In this document: piece after piece, positions 56,658 through 64,000 of the stretch
How the letters are laid out: every line of letters begins with the position of its first letter
How positions within the stretch are numbered: position 1 is the stretch's first letter
Assembly: GCA_045613785.1 (NCBI GenBank)
Contig: JAZLBQ010000024.1
Location: 49,572 to 113,571, forward strand
DNA length: 64,000 nucleotides
Direction: 5' to 3'
Source of the DNA: Candidatus Enterousia sp.
GTDB taxonomy: Bacteria; Pseudomonadota; Alphaproteobacteria; Rs-D84
The notes under the pieces: model-generated
What the model was told of the DNA's origin: nothing
Databases searched by the model: none
Seen by the model: the letters and a program-made list of their open reading frames with translations, nothing else
Position numbers and translations under genes: made by a program

Positions 56658-57365
56658 CTATGCACTGTGGCGGTTTATTGCTTCGCTGATTTCGTCCAGT
56701 GATGCGTTTGATGGCAGCAGAGGTTCAAACCATACGTTTGCGGTGCCTGGGTGCATTCTGCCGTGTTTTGGCCAATAAAGACCAGCGTCTGTGCCAACTG
56801 GTAAAATTGGTAATTTTAGCGTATGAGCCAACAGTAATAAGCCACGTTTTAATGGAATTCGTTCGCCTGGTTTTGCACGTGTGCCTTCGGGGAATATTAC
56901 CAGGGTGTGGCCGTTTAAGACACGGTTTTCAACAGCAGCGGCTAATTTTTTCATGTTTGTTTTGCCACGGGCACGATTTACGCCCAGCATTCCGCATCGC
57001 CAAAATGCCCAGCCATAAATAGGAATCCACAGCAGTTCACGTTTCATTATGAAAAATGAGTTCGGAACAACACGGGATATTATTGCTATTTCTAAGATAG
57101 ACATGTGTTTTGCTGCAATTATTGCCTTGCCGTCAAGGCGTTTGTTGCCGTCTGGCATTGTAGGTATGCCGTTTTCTTCGGTCTTGGGATAGTGAACCTG
57201 GTATTTAATGCCACCAATTAGGCGTGCTAAAACCAAGACCCCAGCAGCGTCTGCAAATACCAGTTTGTGTGACATTTTTCTTGATATCAGGCCAATCAAT
57301 AACAATGGTGACCATAATAAAAAGTATATTGGTAGCGTGATTTTAAATAATATTGTTCTGAACAT
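56658..57365 (-). CDS. plsC: 1-acyl-sn-glycerol-3-phosphate acyltransferase
   Basis: KHMSILE (H-x4-E variant), KRELL.IP..GW, IFPEGTR motifs. Confidence 0.9.
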   Translation of the reverse strand: MFRTILFKITLPIYFLLWSPLLLIGLISRKMSHKLVFADAAGVLVLARLIGGIKYQVHYPKTEENGIPTMPDGNKRLDGKAIIAAKHMSILEIAIISRVVPNSFFIMKRELLWIPIYGWAFWRCGMLGVNRARGKTNMKKLAAAVENRVLNGHTLVIFPEGTRAKPGERIPLKRGLLLLAHTLKLPILPVGTDAGLYWPKHGRMHPGTANVWFEPLLPSNASLDEISEAINRHSA

Positions 57366-57388
57366 TGTTGATTTCCCTTTTTTTTTGT

Positions 57389-57901
57389 TTAACTTTCTTT
57401 GATTCCTAGCATGGTGACCAGGTATTTTATATATTCTGTTGCCCATCTTTCAAGTCTTTTTCCAGGGGGCATACCGTAAAGGGTTGCAGGGCAGGCGATG
57501 ACCTGGGTGTCAGGTAGTTCGCTGCGGATAAGATAACGAGCCCGGTTCATGTGGTCTTCGGTTGTGATTACAACCAGTCGTTCAAGGCTACGCATAGTGG
57601 CAATTTCTTTGATTGCCAGTGCGTTTTGATAGGTTGATTTGGATTTAGATTCAATAATTGCAGGACGTGGAACATCAATTTTTCCTTGTGCGCCTGCACC
57701 TATGATGTAAAGGTCTGCCTCTGGAAATTCACGCATTTTTCGCATCGCAAATGGTATGCGGCGTTCGTCGCCAGTTAGAACAAATATACTGTCGTTAGGC
57801 AAAATTGTGTCGCAGTGAACAGGTGCGGTCGCCTTGAAAATCATACCGCCCAGAATAAAGCAGCTGAATATGATGAATGATGGGGTTAGTAGGCGACGCA
57901 T
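57389..57901 (-). CDS. YdcF/DUF218 family protein
   Basis: I.VLTG...RI, S.STYQNA, IT...HM.RA, EY.KY motifs; conserved position after ftsX. Confidence 0.85.
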   Translation of the reverse strand: MRRLLTPSFIIFSCFILGGMIFKATAPVHCDTILPNDSIFVLTGDERRIPFAMRKMREFPEADLYIIGAGAQGKIDVPRPAIIESKSKSTYQNALAIKEIATMRSLERLVVITTEDHMNRARYLIRSELPDTQVIACPATLYGMPPGKRLERWATEYIKYLVTMLGIKES

Positions 57902-57903
57902 TT

Positions 57904-58740
57904 TTAACTGTTTTGTAGTATTTTGATTGTTGTGCGACGGGTTATAATTATTGAAACTAGGGTGATGCATATCGGTAATAGTGCCAGGCATAGCCAGCCT
58001 GTCCCAGATAATCCTAACATTGCCATAAGTCCAACACGTGCTGAATGTGCCGCAGATATTATCAGTAATAAAATAGGGACCGCAGCAATAAAACCAATGC
58101 CAGATGCGTTTAAGCAAATTTTTGTTACTATGATTTGCATTTGGCGTGCAATAAAGCCGTCAGAAGCACCGATTTGATTCAGGATTTCTAGTTCGCGACG
58201 GTGCAACATTGCGGTATTGCGGGCGATATACGATATGCATATCCCGATTGATGCCAGTGTTAGTGCCAATACCAATGCAGACATTAAAATCATTTGCCAA
58301 CCAGCACCAGTTGATGGTTTTAATGCGGTAGCGTGGGTTAAAAAGCGTGCGTTTTTGGATAGTTGTTCGCCGACATTTTTTAAATCTTCTGGTGTTTTGA
58401 ATTGAATTTCCCACATTTGTGGCAGGTAATTTTTTAGCACGTTGCTACCTGATATCCATGGGGACATCAATTCTTGCATTTCGTCAGATGTGATTTCGGT
58501 TAGTGATTTTATTTTGTTTTGGTTGTCAGACAGGATTTTTTTTGTTTCTTTTGCCTGGGTGGTGTCGGTGGTTTGAACTGTTGCAAATAGTTCCCACTGG
58601 GAATTCCAACGCATAACACCAGTGCCGATAGATAAGGCAACGCCCAGTGCTAATACTGATAAAAAGGTCAGTAATGACATTATTGCGGTCATAAACATGG
58701 ATTGTTCACGGACAAGCGAAAATACAACAGGCTTTTTCAT
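57904..58740 (-). CDS. ftsX: Cell division permease FtsX
   Basis: Four TMs; L..PW, LP...E, HR.E.EIL..IGA.D.FIA motifs; follows ftsE. Confidence 0.85.
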   Translation of the reverse strand: MKKPVVFSLVREQSMFMTAIMSLLTFLSVLALGVALSIGTGVMRWNSQWELFATVQTTDTTQAKETKKILSDNQNKIKSLTEITSDEMQELMSPWISGSNVLKNYLPQMWEIQFKTPEDLKNVGEQLSKNARFLTHATALKPSTGAGWQMILMSALVLALTLASIGICISYIARNTAMLHRRELEILNQIGASDGFIARQMQIIVTKICLNASGIGFIAAVPILLLIISAAHSARVGLMAMLGLSGTGWLCLALLPICITLVSIIITRRTTIKILQNS

Positions 58741-58743
58741 TGT

Positions 58744-59532
58744 TTAATTATTCCCAATATCGTCAAATTGTTTTGATAATTCTGCAAAATATGTTTGCGG
58801 TTTTGGCCCTTTCCAGATTTTTTTTGCTTCTGGGGCAGGTGTTGTAGATTTTTGTTGGCCAATGAAACTGACACGGTGGTTTTCGACCTGAATTACTGGA
58901 AACTTATATGTTTCCATCAATTTTTTATTGTGAGTCGCTAAAATAATTGTTGTGCCGAACATCTTGTTCATTTGAATAAACAATTCCATCAGGCGTGATG
59001 CGTTTTCGTCGTCAAGGTTGCCTGTCGGTTCGTCGGCTAGCAAAATTGATGGCTGAATAATAATTGCACGGGCAACAGATACACGCTGTTGTTGGCCACC
59101 TGATAAAGACATGGGGTTTGCGTCGGCGTATTTGCCCAAACCAACCCAGTCTAGAACCTTGGCAACAAGTTTTTTTATTTTTGTTTCTGGGACGCCACGG
59201 ACACGCAGGGGCAGGGCAACGTTGTCAAATACTGATAAATGCGACAACAGTGAATATGATTGAAAAACAATTGCCATTTTTTGGCGTAATTTTGTTATAT
59301 CATCACGACTAAGGTCGTTTGTTATATGACCAAATAGTTTTATTTGACCACGTGCCGGTTTGTGTAATTGGTATATAAGCCTTAGTAAAGTGGTCTTGCC
59401 GGCACCAGATGCACCAGATAAAAAGTAAAATGAACCATTGCTGATGTTAAATGAAACATCAGTCAATATGTCTGGTGTGCCGTCATATTTTGCCGCAACA
59501 TTTGCGAACGAGATTGCTGTCTTTTCTTCCAT
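58744..59532 (-). CDS. ftsE: Cell division ATP-binding protein FtsE
   Basis: GASGAGKTT, LSGGQQQR, LLADEPTGNLD, ATH motifs. Confidence 0.92.
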   Translation of the reverse strand: MEEKTAISFANVAAKYDGTPDILTDVSFNISNGSFYFLSGASGAGKTTLLRLIYQLHKPARGQIKLFGHITNDLSRDDITKLRQKMAIVFQSYSLLSHLSVFDNVALPLRVRGVPETKIKKLVAKVLDWVGLGKYADANPMSLSGGQQQRVSVARAIIIQPSILLADEPTGNLDDENASRLMELFIQMNKMFGTTIILATHNKKLMETYKFPVIQVENHRVSFIGQQKSTTPAPEAKKIWKGPKPQTYFAELSKQFDDIGNN

Positions 59533-59617
59533 GTTTTGGAATATAATAAAAAAACTGAATATCGTCAAATAAAAATACCCCGTTTGGGGCATTTTTATTT
59601 TTTAGATTGTTTTGTTG

Positions 59618-60016
59618 TTATTTTTGAACAACTGTTGTTGCATTACGGTTTTTTGCCCAAACTTCTTCGCCTGTGCCAGGATAAATTGGTTTTTCTTTGC
59701 CGTATGAAATTGTTTTGATGCGTTCTGGTTCAACGCCGTCGTGGATAATGACGTGGGCAGCATTGCCAGCACGTAGAGCACCTAGTGCCAGGTTGTATTC
59801 TGTAGAACCACGTTCGTCACAACGACCCTGGATTGTGATGTTTGTTTCGGGGTTTTGTTTCATATATAATGCCTGGCCTTGTAAATTCTTTTTAGCGTCT
59901 GATGAAATTTCGGCAGAATCAAAAGCAAAAAATACCTGTTGACCTTCTAGTTCTTTTGGGGCGTGTGTGCATGCGGCAATAGATGTGGCAAGCAAGCATA
60001 AAATAATTTTTTTCAT
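59618..60016 (-). CDS. pal: Peptidoglycan-associated lipoprotein Pal
   Basis: Lipobox IAAC; F.FD, G.CDERGS.EYNLALG..RA, SYGKEKP, NR motifs. Confidence 0.93.
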   Translation of the reverse strand: MKKIILCLLATSIAACTHAPKELEGQQVFFAFDSAEISSDAKKNLQGQALYMKQNPETNITIQGRCDERGSTEYNLALGALRAGNAAHVIIHDGVEPERIKTISYGKEKPIYPGTGEEVWAKNRNATTVVQK

Positions 60017-60160
60017 TTCCTTCCTTTTTGTGTAAATAAACTCTGTTTTTTTATGTATTATATTTAACAGAATTTATAAAAAGATGTCAATATCTGATTT
60101 TTGTGTTTTTAATTTGATTTAATTTGTGTTATAATTAGGAAAAATTGGAGGGTTATTATC

Positions 60161-60865
60161 ATGAAAAAAATAGTATCTTTGGCGGTCTTGGTAGCATTGA
60201 CAGCAACAGCAGCAAATGCAGCACCAAGCCATATTGCACGTAATGTAAAAGGTGGTTATGACGTTACATACGATTATAAAGACAAAGCAAAAACAGGTTG
60301 GTATGTGGGTGCACGTGCCAGTTTGAGCTTGATGAACTGGGAAAATGAATATAGTTCAAATGATCCGTTGGCTGACAATGCCTATAATAATGACGAATAT
60401 TCATTTGAATCTGTTTATGGTGGAAATTTCTTTGTTGGACACACTTTTGAATACTTTTGGCGTGCTGAATTAGAAGCGGGTTTTATTGGTCAGTTTGAAG
60501 ACAAGGATGATGGCTTTGGATTTAAAATGGCTGTGCCTTATTTGGTGGCAAATGGTTATTATGATTTTGCGAATGGTTTATATGTTGGTGCCGGTTTGGG
60601 TGTCGCAATGCCAAAGACAGAGTTAGATGGTGCTGCTTTTGTTTCAGGTGGTCGTAGTGAACGCACCGTTTCACCAATGGGTGCATTGATGGTTGGTTGG
60701 GCCAAGAGTTTGGATTATAATTTGACATTAGATTTGCGTTATCGCTTGGCGGCGTTTGGTGGAACAGAACATGAACGCACGTTAGATAATGGGTATGATT
60801 TCAAAAATGAAATTGGGTTGATTTTGGATAATTCGATATCGGTTGGTGTCCGTTACGAATTCTAG
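60161..60865 (+). CDS. Small outer-membrane beta-barrel
   Basis: Signal peptide; WRAELE, NGYYDF, YVGAGLG, LDLRYR, terminal GVRYEF. Confidence 0.85.
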   Translation: MKKIVSLAVLVALTATAANAAPSHIARNVKGGYDVTYDYKDKAKTGWYVGARASLSLMNWENEYSSNDPLADNAYNNDEYSFESVYGGNFFVGHTFEYFWRAELEAGFIGQFEDKDDGFGFKMAVPYLVANGYYDFANGLYVGAGLGVAMPKTELDGAAFVSGGRSERTVSPMGALMVGWAKSLDYNLTLDLRYRLAAFGGTEHERTLDNGYDFKNEIGLILDNSISVGVRYEF

Positions 60866-60892
60866 AATTATAGGAAATATCGGAAAAAGGTG

Positions 60893-60922
60893 TTGACCCC
60901 GATTCGCAATTTGTGATAAACT
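60893..60922 (+). promoter_or_regulatory. Sigma70 promoter with GATTCG in the spacer
   Basis: TTGACC-ccgattcgcaatttgtga(18)-TAAACT. Confidence 0.6.
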
Positions 60923-60943
60923 AAAAACCAGTAGAGAGAACAT

Positions 60944-63466
60944 ATGAAAAACGAACTGAAAATATCAACACTGTCTATTGTTTGTGTGCTGTGTGCGGCA
61001 GTTGCTGCACCTGCGTTTGGTGCATCGTCTGTGCGTTCCTTGGGTGGAGCGGGGACGTATTCAAGTGCGTCAAGTGCGGCGGCCGCAAAGTCAACATCGA
61101 CAGGTAGTAGTGCACAAAATTCTGTGCGTGGTGGGTCAATGCGTGTAGGTGATAACGCATCAACGTCAACAAGTCGTGTCGGAACAGCACGTGCTGCAAC
61201 AGCACCACGTTTGTCGATTGGTAAATATTTGGGCGGGTCAACTGCTGTTAGTGGTGGTTCATCGTTGCGTCCAGAACAGTCGGGAAATGGTGGTTCGGGT
61301 AATACGACGTCTGGAAACTTGCAAGAACGTATCAAGGTTCTGGAACAGTTTATGGGTTATTCTTCTGGTGGGGATAATATTCCAGAACAGTTGAAGGATA
61401 TTCGATTGGATGTTGAAGCGTTAGAAGCAGATTTGGCTGCTTTGACGGGTGCAGTTACCAGTGTTGTTTACGAAGATGGTGAGTTGACTGTTACTCAGGA
61501 CGGTAAAGATACTGTTTTTGATTTAACAAAAGATTTTGCGGATAAGTCAGAAGTTGAAGCTTTGCAGGCTGCGATTGATTCAATCGTAATTCCAAGCTTA
61601 GAAGGTTATGCAAAATTGACTGATTTGGAAGGTTTCTTGACTTCTGCGGAATTGTCTGAATTGGAAGATGTGGTTTCTGCTTTGGAATTGGCAGATGAAT
61701 CAATGAATGCTGCAATTAAATCTTTGCAGGGTGGTATGGTTTCCAAGGATGATTTAGATTCAAAAGTTAATGAATTGAAGTCTGTTGATGAGGGCTTGCA
61801 AGCTGCGATTGATGAATTGAAAAAATCGACGCCTTCGACTGATGGTTTGGTTGACAAGAGTTATGTTGATGGCTTGGTTGCTGGTTTGGAGCAGGCGGAT
61901 TCAGCATTGCAGAATGCGATTGATGCAATTGCTCAACCAGATGTTGATAAAGCGTATGTTGATGCAGCTATCGATGGTTTGAACAGTGCTATTTCTGGTT
62001 TGGAATTGGCAGATTTGGCGATGGAACAAACAGTTGCAGGTCTGGAAGCTTTGATTGCTAATGCGGCAACTAAAGAAGAAATTAAAGATTTTGTGACATC
62101 AGACACTGTTGATTCAAAAATTGAAGCTGCGATTGCTGGTTTGGCAGGACAAGATGAAATAAAAGATTTTGTGACATCTGGTAAATTGCAAGAAGAAATT
62201 GCGAAGTTGGCAACAAAAGATTCAGTTGCAGATTTTGTGACTTCGTCTGAGGTTTCAGATGCGATTGAAGAAGCGACAAAGGATTTGTTGACAGCAGATG
62301 ATGTTGTGGACTTTGTAAAATCTGGTGATATGACAACAGCGATTGCAAATGCGACATCAAATTTGGCAACAAAAGCTGAATTGCAAGCTACAAAGTCAGA
62401 ATTGCAGGCTGCAATTGATAATATCAATGCCGGCCAGGTTGAGTTGACTAGTTATTACACCAGGGCTGAAGCTGACGCAAAGTTTGCTACTAAGTCAGAA
62501 TTACCGGTTGTGCCAACAGATTTGTCTGCATTTAATAATGATGCAGGTTATATTACTGACGCATCACTGGTTGATATTCAGAATGCAATTGATGCAAATG
62601 TGGTTAGTATTGGTGAAAATGCCGCAGATATTGTTTCTTTGGATGCGGCTGTCCAGGCAGCAGCTGGTGAAGCGGCAGACGCAAAATTGGCGGCAAGTTC
62701 AGCACAAAATATGGCTGACTTGAATGCAGCAGATATAAAAGAACTGCAAGAAGCTGGTTATATCACAGATTCTGCGTTGACACCATATGCAAAGTCTGCA
62801 GATTTGGCAGCGGTTGCAACGTCTGGTTCATATAATGATTTGTTGGATCAACCAACATTGATTACCCAGGCTGATTTGAATTCTTTGCGTTCTGCACTGG
62901 AAGCACAAATTGAAGGTAAAGCAGAAGCAGGTGATTTTGCTACATCTGGTGCATTGAAGGAAGTTTCTGATGCGTTGGCTGATTTGACAGATGATGTTTA
63001 TACCAAGGCACAAATCGATCAAAAGATTGCTGATGCTATTTCAGGTGGAAACATTGATTTGTCTGGATATGCTACATCGACTGCTTTGAACGAAGTAAAA
63101 GCCTCGTTGGAAGCAAAAGATAAAGAAATTTCTGATGGTTTGGCTGTTTTGACAGATTCTTTGACAGATTATGTAAAGAAGTCTGAATTGGCAACTGTTG
63201 CAACATCTGGTTCGTATAATGATTTGAAAGATAAACCAAGTTTGGAACAGTATGTGACAAATACAGCAGTTTCTGAATCTATTACAAATGCTTTGAATAC
63301 ATTTGAAATTCCAGATGGTTCAATCACACCAGAAAAAATACAAGATGGTGCTGTAACAGCAGAAAAGATAAATACTGGTTCAGGTAATGAAGGTGAAATG
63401 GTTATGCTGATGTCAAATGGTGACGGAACGTCAACATGGGTATCGGTTACGGTTGATGCAGAATAA
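60944..63466 (+). CDS. Large exported acidic coiled-coil protein with phage tail-fibre-like motifs
   Basis: Signal peptide; two L-A-x-VATSGSYNDL, DLSAFNNDAGYIT, YYTRAEADAKF, DLSGYAT, IPDGSITPEKIQDGAVTAEKI; repeated DFVTS. Confidence 0.75.
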   Translation: MKNELKISTLSIVCVLCAAVAAPAFGASSVRSLGGAGTYSSASSAAAAKSTSTGSSAQNSVRGGSMRVGDNASTSTSRVGTARAATAPRLSIGKYLGGSTAVSGGSSLRPEQSGNGGSGNTTSGNLQERIKVLEQFMGYSSGGDNIPEQLKDIRLDVEALEADLAALTGAVTSVVYEDGELTVTQDGKDTVFDLTKDFADKSEVEALQAAIDSIVIPSLEGYAKLTDLEGFLTSAELSELEDVVSALELADESMNAAIKSLQGGMVSKDDLDSKVNELKSVDEGLQAAIDELKKSTPSTDGLVDKSYVDGLVAGLEQADSALQNAIDAIAQPDVDKAYVDAAIDGLNSAISGLELADLAMEQTVAGLEALIANAATKEEIKDFVTSDTVDSKIEAAIAGLAGQDEIKDFVTSGKLQEEIAKLATKDSVADFVTSSEVSDAIEEATKDLLTADDVVDFVKSGDMTTAIANATSNLATKAELQATKSELQAAIDNINAGQVELTSYYTRAEADAKFATKSELPVVPTDLSAFNNDAGYITDASLVDIQNAIDANVVSIGENAADIVSLDAAVQAAAGEAADAKLAASSAQNMADLNAADIKELQEAGYITDSALTPYAKSADLAAVATSGSYNDLLDQPTLITQADLNSLRSALEAQIEGKAEAGDFATSGALKEVSDALADLTDDVYTKAQIDQKIADAISGGNIDLSGYATSTALNEVKASLEAKDKEISDGLAVLTDSLTDYVKKSELATVATSGSYNDLKDKPSLEQYVTNTAVSESITNALNTFEIPDGSITPEKIQDGAVTAEKINTGSGNEGEMVMLMSNGDGTSTWVSVTVDAE

Positions 63467-63505
63467 CGATTGCAACAAACTGTGTGAAAGAAAAGGGAAG
63501 AGAAT

Positions 63506-64000
63506 ATGAAAGTAAGAAATATTGCATTTTCAGGTTTCGCAGCTGCTATTTTGGCGGGGGTTTGTGGCAATGCTTTTGCAGCGTCTGTAAATTTGGCCAG
63601 TAAAGGGTATGTCGATGAGGCATTACAATCTAAAGCAGATTTAATCGACTTGAAAGAATTGGAAACAACTGTTGGGAAGAAAGCAACACAAGAATCTTTG
63701 AATCTGGTTGCGACCCAGGTGAACGTAAATACAACTGATATCGCTGATTTGAAATCGGGCAAGCAAAATACGTTGACAGCAGGAACAAATATCACAATCG
63801 ATGGAAATGTTATTTCTGCGGTTGGTGGTGTTTCGGCTGAAGAATTATCAAACTTGCAGACGACATTGGAAGCAGCGATTGCAGAAAAGCAGGCAAAAGG
63901 CGACTATGCAGCAGCTAGCGAATTGGAAGCCTTGCAGGCAACAGTAGAAACATTGCAATCTGGCAGTGCAGACAAGACAGTTGTTGAAACATTGCAGACA
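63506..64000 (+). CDS. Exported fibre-like protein, truncated by the window end (not in the ORF track)
   Basis: Hand translation: MKVRNIAFSGFAAAILAGVCGNAFA-ASVNLASKGYVD...KQNTLTAGTNITIDGNVISA...KQAKGDYA; open to 64000. Confidence 0.8.
   Translation, partial: MKVRNIAFSGFAAAILAGVCGNAFAASVNLASKGYVDEALQSKADLIDLKELETTVGKKATQESLNLVATQVNVNTTDIADLKSGKQNTLTAGTNITIDGNVISAVGGVSAEELSNLQTTLEAAIAEKQAKGDYAAASELEALQATVETLQSGSADKTVVETLQT

Noticed and set aside
54845-60016. tolB and pal separated and on opposite strands
   Set aside because: Consistent with ordinary rearrangement in a reduced genome; both genes look intact

Overview
Gene-dense, AT-rich chromosomal segment of a small-genome, diderm alphaproteobacterium. 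The conserved ftsE-ftsX-YdcF-plsC and tatBC-nlpD blocks, alpha-type parE and tolB/pal support this; an uncultured gut lineage such as Rs-D84/'Ca. Enterousia' is an inference. The housekeeping backbone comprises recJ, lolA, tatBC, miaB, gatCAB, ruvX, sufBC, rpsT, plsY, dprA, dnaA, ileS, nth, parE, dnaJ, pgsA, uvrC, dnaN, ppa, efp, fba, tolB, ftsEX, pal, tRNA-Lys(CTT) and tRNA-Phe(GAA). Many orphan or exported proteins are interspersed. I found no prophage, CRISPR array, integrase or transposase. The most notable observations are: (1) Sec-exported proteins built from phage tail-fibre motifs, one paired with a gp38-like polyglycine protein, alongside dispersed type IVb pilus genes and a VirB2-like pilin; (2) a two-unit covarying palindromic element present twice in swapped order; (3) an Ile-codon leader-peptide attenuator upstream of a type-2 ileS; (4) a DnaA lacking its arginine finger and sensor II; (5) a CdaA diadenylate cyclase, unusual for Alphaproteobacteria; (6) GANTCG at a fixed position in several promoters; (7) orphan proteins sharing a polar/basic C-terminal tail. 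All family calls are by motif recognition from memory; no database search was run.
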